Shown here: piece after piece, positions 36,765-49,140 of the stretch | How the letters are laid out: every line of letters starts with the position of its first letter | Numbering within the stretch: position 1 is the stretch's first letter | NCBI GenBank assembly: GCA_029953675.1 | Contig: JAMWBK010000008.1 | Location: 992,001 to 1,056,000 of the forward strand | Reading direction: 5' to 3' | Origin: Rhodosorus marinus CCMP1338 | Taxonomy: Eukaryota; Plantae; Rhodophyta | DNA: 64,000 nucleotides | Made by a program: the position numbers and the translations under genes | Notes under the pieces: model-generated | Databases searched by the model: none | Told to the model about the DNA's origin: nothing | What the model saw: the letters and a program-made list of their open reading frames with translations, nothing else

Positions 36765-37514
36765 ATGTCTGACATGGAGGTGAATGAGAGTAAGAAGAGA
36801 GTGGCAGACGGAGTTGGTTTGAAGAGTATGGTTCAGTCTCATTTGGATCTTGGACAGAGGGAGGTGGGTGAGAAGAGGTGTGGTGAGTGTGGGATGGTTT
36901 ATTCTGTAGGAGTAGATGAAGATGAGAAAACGCACCTTGTGCATCATCGGGGAGAGGTTCTGAGTAGGAAAAGGCCTAGGCTTTCTAAATTGAACAGGTT
37001 TGGTAGGACTCAGTCGTTTGATGATGGGTTCGTCGTCAAGGTACCGAGGGAGTTCCACACTGAAGTGCTCGAAAAGGTTCTGTCGCGCGGGCGGTCAAGC
37101 ACAGTTCAGTCAGGTCCCCGCGCAGGAAAGAAGGACTCGAGCTATCGTGGCAATCTGTTTGTCTACGTTCAGGATTCGACAAGTCAAGCGGCCGCTGCCA
37201 TGCTCTCCCAAGTAGTGTCAGCCGAGCAGGTGGGAAGAAACCCAGTTTGGCAGAAACAGCTAAAGAGCACTCGGAAATCCAGTGAAACGCTTGAACCCTC
37301 TTATCGAGAAGTTCTCTCGTACCTGTCGCTGGATGCTTTATGGACCGTTGATCAAGGGCACAACGTCCAAATACCAGGCCGACTGCTGACCTGTGTCCGT
37401 GCTCATAGTTCTTACGGATCCATGTTCAGGAAGGATCAGTGTTTGATTGGACCGAGCATTCATCCAGAGACTGTACCGCTGCTTCGATCGATACTCACGG
37501 GTTTCGCAAACTGA
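36765..37514 (+). CDS. ECO1/CTF7/ESCO-like protein: C2H2 finger plus degenerate acetyltransferase domain
   Basis: QSHLDLGQ (PIP-like) then CGECGMVY..GVDEDEKTHLVHH zinc finger; the C-terminus LDALWT...RLLTCVRAHSSYG aligns to the Eco1 ISRIWV...KLIDVARENIVYG segment as I recall it. Confidence 0.8.
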   Translation: MSDMEVNESKKRVADGVGLKSMVQSHLDLGQREVGEKRCGECGMVYSVGVDEDEKTHLVHHRGEVLSRKRPRLSKLNRFGRTQSFDDGFVVKVPREFHTEVLEKVLSRGRSSTVQSGPRAGKKDSSYRGNLFVYVQDSTSQAAAAMLSQVVSAEQVGRNPVWQKQLKSTRKSSETLEPSYREVLSYLSLDALWTVDQGHNVQIPGRLLTCVRAHSSYGSMFRKDQCLIGPSIHPETVPLLRSILTGFAN

Positions 37515-37951
37515 GGTTTTGGACTTTTTAGGCTTACACTGTTTTGCTGTGTCATGAACTCTAATGGACATGAATTGAAGCGGGGCGGGCCCGCGGATCT
37601 TTCTTGGGAAGCGAAGCCTAAGAATCGTTTTCGAAGAACATCGCGACAACCGTGCATCAAAATTTCCTACCAATGGACTCAATAGAGCTCGGCATGATTA
37701 ACTAGATTCTTTTCAAATCCAAAATATTTCACCGATGCTTCTGCAGTTCGGGCGCGCAAGCAGTTTTCACTCGAGTTTTCACGTGGCGGTAAACTTCTCG
37801 CTGAACAAAACTCTTTTTACCTATGGCGACGGAGCTTCTTCGGCTGCCGCCCATGAGATGAGCTTTGGTCTCAACACGGTTTCCACTATCTATTAATATT
37901 TGCTCTATGAAAAATTGCGTTTGAAAATCAATCATGGTTCAATTAAACAAC

Positions 37952-40051
37952 CTACTCCTCCAGGCTCGCGAACGTCTCTGCAGGATGTCTCTTGTTCGAA
38001 TCAAAGTCGTAAACTTCTCTAGGGTCCGTCACGTAGCCGGTGATCGCGCTGGCGGCTGCAGTGTACGGAGATGCCAAGTACACCTGACCCTCTTTCGATC
38101 CCATTCGCCCTGGGAAGTTCCTGTTCGTAGTTGAAACACAAACCTCGGCACTATTGATTCTTGCGAACGTATCCTGGATTTCAATAACGTTGGGTAGAGT
38201 ATGGTAAGCCTCTCGTTAGTACAAATCATGACCTAAGGACGATGTCACTCACCTTCGGCCCTCCTAGACACGCGGCGCATGAGGGGCTGGCGGGGTCAAT
38301 GCAACCAGCAGAATTAAAAATTTCCGCCAAGGTTTGCCCGTTGATCTTATACTGATGGAGATCATCGTAGACTCTTCGGGTAGCAGGCACAAGGAACGTA
38401 GGTACTCGTACCTTCTGGTACTGTAGAACTCTTGCAGCCGCAACGAAGTCCTCAATCTTGCCGCCCGTGCATGATCCAATGTAGGTACGTGTGATTTTCA
38501 CATCACGACAATTCTTGGCAAGGTCCCTGTTGTCAGGCGAGTGTGGCTTGGCGACAACCTAGCAGGGGTACGGAAAGTAAAAAAGCATGAGACCAGGTGG
38601 ATTCAAACGGCTATTTGGCAGGTGCTTTGCGGGTGTGCGGCGTACAGGTTCCAGATCCGCTAGATTGTACGTTCGGTCAGCATAGAAGCTTGCTTTGGAG
38701 TCCGTGCTGAATTTTTCGTAGGGCTTGCTTGTTCTGGCATCAACGTATTCGGAGGTAATGGCGTCTGGCGCGATAATTCCGTTCTTTCCTCCAGCTTCAA
38801 TTGCCATGTTGCAAAGTGTTTGCCTCTCCTCCATCGACAACTGCGGAATAACCTCACCCGCAAACTCAAGACTTCTATAGGTCGCTCCTGTTGACAATAC
38901 GATCAGTGGATAAGATGAATACGGAGTACGACGCGGAAGACCACCAACAACATCTTCTATTAGTATTGGACCTGTCTCATACCTGCAACTCCGATGTCCC
39001 CAATAATGTTCAGAATGAGATCCTTTGCCAGCAGGTAATCGGGCATCTGTCCGTTCATTTCAAACCTCATGGTTGCAGGGACTTTCACGAGCAACTTTCC
39101 AGTTCCCAGGATGAATCCAGCGTCCGTGTTACCAATACCCGTCGCAAATTGCCCGAACGCTCCGGCATTGCATGTGTGAGAATCCGTTCCAAACATAACT
39201 TCCCCAGGCCTCGTGTGTCCTTCCTGGGCCAGGGCAACATGGCAAACTCCCTTGTAGTCCGGGTTGGCCTTGAAATTGGACCTGCAAGTTAGAAGCGGAC
39301 TCTTGTTTCAGAGCCCGAGACCGAAAGAAAGCACCTGCAACTCCCCTCATTGCTTACCTGTCCTTGATATCATAGAAATACTTGATGTCTTGCTCCTCAA
39401 CGAAATCCCTCAGAATATCAACGTTCCTGTTTGCACGTTCATCTGCAGTAAAAATATAGTGATCCGGGATGATGACAACCTTCTCTTTGTCAAAGACCTG
39501 TGAGGGCGAAGGTCGAACACGCGAGTGAGTTATCTTCAAGGAGAAATCGATCTTGGTAGAGAATTGCAGGTGGAGAATGGCATCCTGATCTTAAGTAGGC
39601 AAACAAAAAAACAAATCATACCTTCGCATCTTGACCAAATTCTCTCTTGAAGACGCCAATAGTTCCAGGACCGCAAACATCGTGCGTCATCAGTACGTCG
39701 ACATTGACCCATATATTGTCACCAGGCACTACAAAGTCCTTGTCCGCAGCCTTCGCGAGAATCTTCTCTGTTATTGTCATCGGTTGCTGAACTTTAATCA
39801 GCGACGGTGCATCTATTCTCTGCGGAGCTGAAACGGCGACAGGTGCACCTCTGGAAAAGCCATTCCCGCAAGTCTCCCGGGAAGAGGCCGCGGACCTACA
39901 CACCGACAAAAGCGAAAAAATCCTTTAGATGCCTCAAATCCGAAGCAAATACAAAAAATCCACTAATTCAACAGAACACCAAGGACAAAAAAGACAAAAC
40001 CCACCTCTTCAACAACCCGGCTACCCCCACTCCACTCACAAAACCGAACAT
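37952..40051 (-). CDS. leuC: 3-isopropylmalate dehydratase large subunit, plastid-targeted, multi-exon
   Basis: [69 protein letters not shown] and [12 protein letters not shown]; exon 1 (40005-40051) encodes [15 protein letters not shown], a red-algal-type transit peptide. Confidence 0.97.
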
Positions 40052-41375
40052 CTTCAAACGACAACCCACTTACAATGCACACCAAACAGTTACAAGGAAA
40101 GTCCCCCTCGTCCGAAAACTCCGTCTACCCAACACAGAAGACCCTCACTACCCCAACTCAAAACAGAAAAAAGGTCCAATTTCCAACCTTTATATACTCG
40201 CTCCCTCCCTCATCGAAAATTTTATCCACTCCTTCACCCCTTATCCTAAATCGTTTTCTAAACAACACAAAAGTTATGAAATCTCTTTCCCTCTGGGTCA
40301 AAAACCTCCGTCCTACCTCTCTCTGTGACGGAAAACGCCTTTCAACCCCTCCTCCAACAAAAACATACAAAAAACTTGTAAAGCAACCAGCCGTCAGGAC
40401 CGAAATTATTAGCACAAAAGCAAAATCAATCGTCAACAAAACGAAAACTCGTCCAAAATGGAACTTGTCGAGCGGTTATGAGTGTCAATATTATTAAATA
40501 TATTTCGCCGATTAACCAGCGGTGGCAAGAAATATCCTCAAATATTATATGAATTCAATATAATTGTTTCTCGTCTTGATTAGAAACGTGTGTGTGGATT
40601 ACCCCCCTGAAAGAAGTTGGAAAAGTACGAAGCCATTCTCTCGCTATCAATCTGTAGGGGTATAGATCGAGCCAGGATTTACTCCTAGAACCCATGAAAA
40701 TGTCTAACGTGACGATTTAGTTTCTTTTGCTTGGGACCCAAAAAGGGTTGTAAGAATATTTCTTCCAGTTTCTTTTTCGTCTCAGATGGAAAAAATCAAC
40801 TCTCAGATAATTGGCCAGAATAGTAGTTGGCCGGAGCGGGGGTGGTAATAGATACATCAAATGACATAAACTGGGCTCCATTTTTTGTATAAATATTTTC
40901 CTGGATTCTTTTTTTCCGGCGATGGGCGTTTCGTGGCGTTGATCAAGATATCTATTGAATCATTTAAATTCTGAATCCATATGCTAGGATAAATTATTCC
41001 GAGGGAAGTCAAATAGGGTTAATTTCAGACCATAAGAAGGGTTTTGTCCATGATATGGGAATATAGATTCTTGTTTTAGAAACCCCCGGCCGTGAGATCT
41101 GGATGCCCTTTTTTGCGGCATTTTTTTTAAATGACATGATGAAATGGAAGCCGAACGGTGACCAATCTGACGAAATGGATTCGCTCGCTTGACCACCTTT
41201 GTAACGAACTGGCAAAGTCCGGTTAGCCTGTGGGTGTTTAGTTATGATGGCTTTGGAAGGGGATGAGTTTACTGGGGCAGTTTCGGAATTACTTTTTGCT
41301 TTGACGTGACGGAATACGCTCATTGTGAGAATGGGGAGAGCTGAGTGAATTTCTTGGAAGTTGGAATATCAGAAC

Positions 41376-43151
41376 ATGGTGGTTGGGTTTGCTCAGGGTT
41401 TGTGGCTCACAAGCTGTGCTGGACGGCATGTGGCACAGTGTAGCTTGAATAGAGTAGTTGGGGCGTGGCCCCTGGCTGTGTCCAGGCGCGGGTATGGCTT
41501 ACGGATGGCACTGAGTTCAGACGAAGATCACGCTGCCGCTGTTGAAGAAAAAAAGCAGCGTGCATTGACGAACCCAATGCCTGTGGTTAAGCTCAAGAAA
41601 GGGAAATCGAAGATCTTCTACGATGGCAACGCGATTGTTCTGGAGGGTGCTATCGACTGCGTCCTGGGTCCAGAAAGCAAGCTCGTGCCCGCCGCCATCT
41701 TGCCTCTGGTAGATCACAATTTTAGTGTGATTGGTACGTTGACTTTCCTGAAGATGTCTTACGCCAGTCCTGTGTCAGCCGCTCTAAACACCCGCATTTC
41801 ACACGTTATCAGGATGGGGAGTTTACAACCCTTCATCGAAGTTCCGATTTCGTATCCTGCATCACGTCATTCAAGATGGAGAGTTTGACATATCTCATCA
41901 GATCGACATGGTACATACGCTGACCTCGAAATTGAAGAGATCGATGCAGCTTCGACAGACGCTGAAGCTTCCCAGCGAGGTATTCAACCACTGTATCAGA
42001 CGTGTGTTTTTCTCGCTCTTTTGTGGTCTTGAAATTCACACGGATCGCTGCTTACGTCCTTTTCTCAAAGGAAACTGATGCGTTCAGACTTACGAACAGT
42101 GAAGGAGACTCTATCAGCGGGCTGATTGTTGACATTTATCGGAACGTTGCAGTGGTCGAGTCCTCTGCACTGTGGGTTGAGGTGCATCGGGAGCAAGTGG
42201 AAAGAGCGCTTCGTGCGACTCTACAAGACGATGTAGAGATTTTCTGGAGGCAGAGCAAGGATAAGCTTGTTCAGGAGGGAATGAGCAAAGAGGAATTGGA
42301 AACCGGTCCAAATCCATCGGAGGCAAAGCAGCAAATGGTGAAGGAAAACTGTGTTGAGTTTGAAGTCGCGCTTGGAGCAGGGAGCCAGAAAACCGGATTC
42401 TTTTGCGATCAGCGTGACAATCGCGCTCGGATTGCACAGCTGGCAGAGCAAAAGGATGTTTTGGACTGCTTCTCCTACACAGGAGGTTTTGCACTCCACG
42501 CTGCGGCCCATGGCGCAAAGAGCGTCACCGCAGTTGAATCATCGACAGCAGCGCTTAGCGTTGCGCAGAGAAATGCATCAAGGAATAGCGTCAATGTAGA
42601 CTTCAAAGAAGCTGACGTCTTCGACTTTTTGAAAGGTAGGCCCGTTGCGAAGAATCTCGTTGCAGTACATCGTCTCTCCATGCTGAACATTTAAGATCTC
42701 GTCTATAGGAGCCATCGAAAACGGCCAGAAGTGGGACATAGTTGTGATCGATCCTCCAAAGTACGCTCCCACGCAGAAAAGCCTCGAGCGGGCAAGAAGA
42801 AAATACCATGGTCTGAACAAGAGGGCTTTATCAGTGACGCGATCTGGTGGGCTCCTTTTGAGCTGCTCATGCAGTCGCGCTATGACAGGCAGTGGGAAGT
42901 GAGTTCGCGTCTTTGTCACATTCTGCCAAAAGGGACTGCGGACGTGCGTTTCGGAATCGAGGAGCTGACACCACCACTCGACTTTCAATTCGTTCAGGTT
43001 CGAAGATATGATTGCGTCAGCCGCTCAGGACGCCGGGAAACGTGTCACCTTCCTAGCCACCTTTGGAGCCTCTCCCGACCATCCAAACCACCCGTCGATG
43101 CCGGAAACCAAGTACTTGACAGCCACCCTAGTGGCCGTGTTTGACACTTAG
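41376..43151 (+). CDS. RlmI/YccW-like SAM-dependent rRNA methyltransferase (PUA domain), probably plastid-targeted
   Basis: Transit-like MVVGFAQGLW..., NSEGDSISGLIVD, QKTGFFCDQRDNR, VLDCFSYTGGFAL, DIVVIDPPK and GASPDHP...PETKYL. Confidence 0.9.
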
Positions 43152-43676
43152 CGCGTGAGGACTAATTTAATTTAATTTCCTCTTTCAGAAGTCAGGTGAC
43201 ATCACATCGCGATGCTTTGAGGTTGACTCGCCGCGACGCACTCCACCACGGACGAAGGTGTCACCTATAGGCATTTAAATTATTTTCCGGATGGCTTTCT
43301 TCGACCACAGCCTCGTTTCTGTAGGGGGGGTCCTGGGTTTACTCGAGGACCTGGAGAACTCGTGAAACGTATACACAACTGCGAAAGAAAATTTTGTTCT
43401 CCTCAGCAAGAATTTTCTCAGCGTACACTGAAGACAAAAGCCAGGTGCTGATGCCCTTCGTCCTCAAGGCCCGTTCTCGTTTCTATCCGAGCTTCAGAAG
43501 AGCGATATTGTTACATGATGTGATGGCGAGGAAAGCTGTTCCTGCTTGTTGCGAGTTTTCTGCTTTGATTAAGGTACACTGTTTCAGGAGTTCGACACAT
43601 GAGCCTTGCAGACGTGGTCCACGGCCTCGTTGCTCGAAGAACAGCTTTGCTCCTGGTGCAAGTTTGCTCATCCGTG

Positions 43677-46226
43677 CTACTCGCGTGGCGTCAGAGTATA
43701 GAATCTATTCGGCTTTCGCAAAGCCGTTTGACTAACCGGCGGCTTATCATCGCGAATTGCAGCCGCTATCCTTAGCTGTGCTTCAGTACAAAGCTTAAGC
43801 CTTCGCTTTTGATCTCCACTCAGTTGTCCCGTGGCGCAAACGTCGTCGAAGTCTTTAAACAGTCGATCAAAGGAGATCGAACTTGGCATCTCAGTCAAAG
43901 CGTCGTTTCCGTTGAGATCCTCCATTGCCAGATCATCTTCTCCGTAAGCCCAGTAGGTAACTACTTCGATTCCCTAGAAACATCCGTGAAGCTTCAACTG
44001 TTTAGAAAATGAACAGTACCTCCCTAGCAAAGAGATTGCTGTGAGAGCATGCCATACTTCGCGGTGTCTGGGCTCGCCAAGTACACTCATCGGACTAGTC
44101 TGAACCAAAAAGTCAGGAGGGACTAGTGAGCCTTTCTCCAGATTCAGATCAGTCAATGCTCGTTCTATCTGAGCCATAAAATAGGCGCAGTCGAGAAGTT
44201 CCTTTTCCTCGGGATCGCGACCCAGACAAACACCTTTCAAACCTATCGTGTCGTGGAGACTCCGAATGCTCGCGTGCTGGAGACCAAAGCACGACCACCC
44301 CACGGCATGCGAGAACCAACCTACGTTTCGTAGCAGCAGAAGCAAAGAGATACACTTTTGATAAGCGGGCATTTCCAATAACCAGGCCTCAAGTACCGCA
44401 AACGGTAACAAGCAAAATAGCTGCACTCTAGTACCATCAATTAACCCTGGATTGCTCAAATATAAATAGAGGTCATAAGCCTGAGCCGCACGATTGAGCT
44501 GCGGATCAGCCGCTTGCTCGAGAAGGACTGGCTTATGTTCTCCAGACAGCGTTTGCTTCACTTCCCCGAACAAGGCCTTTAGAAATGCCCGCCTCGCAAC
44601 CAAAACTGGGTGTTCGCTGACGGGAGGTTGCCCGACCCTTCCATGGCTGAGCGAAATCACTCGGCTCTCGCCAGTGTCTGCATGCACTTGTACGAACGCC
44701 GTGAGCACCTTCGAGAACAAACGTGGTTCAAAATTAGGTTTTCTTCACATGACGATACGACGACTAGTTACAGTGTTTCATATCTCGGTGCTGTAATAAC
44801 TCACTTCGTCACCCCTCAGCTGCTCATCTGCTCCAAGTAGTTCACTGAAGCGTGAGCAAACTGCTGAGGCAACAAAGTCCGGAATCTTAGACGCCTTGGA
44901 ATTTGAATTGCCTGCATTTGGAGTCCCCTCCTGGAGTTTCCCTGCACCCGCCAGCTTGAGCGCCGTTAGAGCGTTGCCGGCCGCTATTCGTCTAGCCAGC
45001 TTCTTGCTCTGACCAAGACCAGCCTCGTACTGTACACCATTAACTTCCACCGCCATCGTGAATGGAGGATTAACTCTACTACCGCTCAACTCTCTCCACC
45101 GCAGCTTCAGCTTTTTCTTATCCACGTACTCATGTAACTTGGAAACGGACTCAACGGACTGCTCTTTCGCCGGTAGAGTTTCATTCACTCTCGCATTGGC
45201 GGAGGACTCGGCAATGTCTGGCCCTCCAGATGGGAGGCTTACGGGTTCTGAACTGATCGCATTGTCTGCCAGGAGCTTTTCAATCGCCAGGTGCGACGCG
45301 TTTTGTTTCGCAAGCTTCTTTGACGTATCTCTTGCCGACGCAAGAGGCAACCCGTCCAACTCGATTGTGACAACAAAACAGCCCGTTGAAGCCTTCAATA
45401 GAACAATCATCCGTCTGAGAGCGTTTCCTTGGGATTTCTAGTATTGGTGCAGGCTTCTACCGTGTCTTTCACCTCCTCAAACTTGAAACTAAGCTTCTTC
45501 TTCGTTTTCTGTGAAAACTCGTTCAGAGCAGAGGTTGGATTCGCGTGTCTACAAGTCGAACAGAAGAACGCGCAAGTCAGTGCTGATTCGTGTGGACGGT
45601 ATGATTCCATCAGACGGAGCTTAACGACCATACTTTGAGAACGTTTCTCCCAGAATTGCTTGCGTAGTCTTCACGGGAGGATACTTCTTCTTGCGTATTG
45701 TTCGGCGCTGGTCCGTCGCTGCTGTAGGATGCTCCTCAGCGTCGTCTCCTGCTGAGGGTACTTGAACCACCACCTCTTCAAGTGAAAATTCGAAGGGGTG
45801 CTATTAGACTCCCCATCACGCACGATTAGCGTCTTCAAATGAAGTGTAGAGTAGAAAATTTCAACAACTCATAATGGTCTCGATTCGTACTTTTTGGATC
45901 GCTCCTGGGCCTCTTTCTCCCTGAATTTTTGAGAGTAGTTCCTGTATAACTTGGTACCTACTCACATAGATCCAATTCGAGGTAGTGCTGTCAACATCAT
46001 GGGCTCATGGAAGTCCCTTGATCCATACCACCTGGGTGCTACGAACCTGAGCAGGAACATCAAATGATTTGTTGTCCTCGCTTGCGACAGGTATCCCGGG
46101 ATCTTGGAAGAGAACTTCTGCTCTCAGATCTTGCGCTGTCTGCACCGTGGCAGGTAGGTGCAACACCTCGACGTCCTCTCCGCTTGTGATCATGCTCTCA
46201 CCTGCGGCAGGCTCTGATTCCATCAC
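43677..46226 (-). CDS. ADAR/ADAD-like protein: two dsRBDs plus an apparently inactive adenosine-deaminase (A_deamin) domain, multi-exon
   Basis: dsRBD1 NPTSALNEFSQK...|...FVVTIELDG...SKKLAKQNAS; dsRBD2 VSKLHEY...FTMAVEVNG...GQSKKLARRIAA; deaminase segments IPDFVASAVCSRF, VLTAFV, VISLSHG, EHPVLVARRAFLKAL, LYLYLSNP, WSCFGLQ, TYWAYGE, PSSIS..LF and DKP, in ADAR order and joined by phase-compatible GT-AG introns. The 5' end may extend to ~46.8 kb. Confidence 0.85.
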
Positions 46227-47931
46227 CAGCTTCTCGATATGTTTCAGAGCTCCTACGCAGCGCTTGTATCCTTAAGACTCTTCCGTTGGTGATTCCGCAA
46301 ACCTGTTCAAGCATCGAATCACTGTGCTTACCAACTCAAGCCTTTTCACGCACACAAATCACTGAAGACCTGGTATAGTTGACCTCATACCAAAAACTCC
46401 CCGCAGCTGAAGAGCCCTATCAGGTATATTCCATAAGCTCAAGTCAAACATACGCCTTGTTCAATCCTTCGAATAAGCTGGAACAGCTTCTCGTCAGGAT
46501 TCAGGTGCTCGGATGTCCAGTCAATAGGGAACCCGCTACGGCTCAGTCCGACGAACAGAGAAGAAAAGAGTCCATAAAACAGTTCCTTGAGAAATCCAAT
46601 GTACCGATAGAGCCCTTTTACATGGTACTCCCAGTCACGGAACTCCCTAAAGGATACTCTACCGAGCTAGCCAACTACATCCCCCCTACCCCCCACCCCC
46701 CTTGGCAAAAAGAACCTCGTCTTGAGCAGTTGGTCCAGAAGAGGAAGCAAATTTACTTTGAGAAAAGCATCACAGTCCCAACGAGCAGTCCATTTACGAT
46801 TTTACGCTAAAGGCGAAGGAACACAACAAAAAATTCTCTAATCGCCTGTTGAGCGGTGCATCTGAAATCGGCCAATACTATTCAATACAAAGAATTCAAT
46901 CAACATATAATTGATTGTTTTACGGATTTATGTATTTTCAAAATAATTCTAAATCTTTTTTTTTGTGAAATATGGTGAACTGTAAAAATGTGGTACACAT
47001 ATTTTTTAAGGGTTTTTCGGAGGAGTGGGAGCGGAAATCTAAAAAAGAGTTTGGAATTCTTGTTATTTGTATTTAGGAAGAAATTATATTGATATTGGAT
47101 TGCGTTTCCACTGACGTAGGTGAGATTGGGGAAATTGGTTGGTCCTGGGACAAACTGAAATGTTGTTGTGGCAGGTGGTGTGGGACGAAACCGCTTCTGG
47201 ATGTAGGTTGGGAGAAACGGGTATGAGGTTCTCATTTAAGCTCCGGACTACTCACAAAAACGCGGCTCCGCCGACTCACCTCACTGGGTTTTCAATGGTG
47301 GTGGGTAGCTTTCACCAATAGTGGAGGCTATAGTTTCCCAGAAAGTCCGGCGAACGGTTGAACAAGGGTCGGGTTCATATCGGCGAGCTCCACCGTGTGA
47401 GAGATGAGTTAGACAGCCCGGAACTCATGTTGGAGCTTCATTCAGAAGCGCGTTTGGGTTCACAAAGAAAAATCGCTTTTTGAGCAGAGAATCAGGTACA
47501 TGCGAGTCTTCAAAGCTGTTCGTTTTTTTGTACACAGGTTTACACATCTCAAGTTGTAGCTTCAGAAATATGAGGAAACTGTGTAGGGACCTATTACAAC
47601 CTTCAGAGCGTTTCTCCCTTTACAGTATGATCGTTTCAAAATGCAACGACAGATACTGACGCTCGAAGATAGCTGGTGCTCACTCATGACAGCTCCAGAT
47701 CGTGCTACCGTCGCCTCGCTCGTTTCCTCATTCACTACTGTGACCGCGATTTAAGTATTACCGTAGTTGGAACCAGAATATGCAACTGCAGTTTCATTGG
47801 TCGCAAAAAGCAGGTCTTGTCTTGCTTCACAATCTGCCGTTACACTTTCAACAATCGCAATGACCAATTTGTTTTTTGCTGAGAACACGGTTTGACCGTC
47901 GTTACGCACTCCATTACCCGGAAACCCGTAA

Positions 47932-47975
47932 ACAATCACAAGCAAGACTTGTGACAATCACAAGCAAGACTTGTG
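47932..47975. repeat. Exact 22-bp tandem duplication, each copy with an internal CACAAG/CTTGTG palindrome
   Basis: ACAATCACAAGCAAGACTTGTG twice in succession. Confidence 0.92.
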
Positions 47976-49140
47976 GCGAGGCGCCTTGCCTGACATGCAT
48001 GAAAGATACTTTCCGAGCACAATTTTGGAAACCACCCCCCTTTAATTTTAGTGGTCGAGGAAAACATTCCTTTTTAAACCGATTTTATTCTTGAAGTGAC
48101 TCTTGGCAAAGCACTTTCCCCTCCTTCGTGAGGTGGGTGTGAAAATTGAGACCTTCTCTCAACGGATCAGATATTCATCTTATTCAAACTTTTACGACGA
48201 AATGGCTTATAATAAATCTATATATAGGACTAGGCTTTTTCAGTAGTTTTGAATCTTCAAAAGCAACTAACAGACTTCGAAAGTCTTGAGTTATGCACAA
48301 TCTGCGCAAACTAGAACAATTATTGTTCTAGAAGAAATCCTCGCTAAAAGCGTTTGACATTGAAAATTCAACTAAAATACACGCAATCTCCTAACACCTT
48401 TCGTTGAGATTTAGAGAATTCAGCTTGCCACACAAAAGTAAACGCTTCAGCTACTGGTTCGAATATTTGGCTTTTGCACTACTAGCCAATCATGATCCAC
48501 GATTCGTCGATCTCGTTCATATTTTCTATAAATTCTTTCATCCCAAACTGAGAATATCGAGCGTACCTAAAATCCAATAAAAATATGTTCGTTTCTTAGT
48601 TTTTTCCGGAAATGTTTTTTTGTTCTTTTTAGATGGTGAGGACGTTTTTTCATGGTTTCGGTTGAATTTTAGACTGGATATTTTTGGGAAATCGTGTTTT
48701 GTTTTAATAATTTGAAGGGCTTGGGGTTGCTGGGGGGCTTGGCGAGATTGGTTAAAAGAGAGAGACTTAAAAGGGCGTCGCCAGTTCGGAGTGAAATGGA
48801 TATTGCGATTTTGGTTTGTTGAGGATGGATTTGGGAAAAATATGGAGATTTTGAGGTTGGAGGAAGGGCTTTGGATATTGAGAGATTGGTGAATATCCGA
48901 AATAGGTTTTTAGGGTAAGGGAAGTATTTATGAAAGGTTTGTGGAGAAGGTTTAGGGAGGAGAAAGATGAGCGGGTCTGAATCCTAATTTGTTAGGATCA
49001 GGATCGGGGAGGGGGAAGGAGGCGATCGATCCTGTAAGCGCTTTTTTTATCCTTGGAAAGTGTTTGGGTAGGAGGGGGTTGATGCTCAAGGATTTGAGGG
49101 ACTTGGCTCTGAGGTTGGTGGTGGGTTTATTTGTGTAGGA

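Noticed and set aside
46720-46790. ERO1-like stretch (NLLPLLDQLLKTRFF)
   Set aside because: The following CPFW and other ERO1 motifs are absent; likely coincidence.
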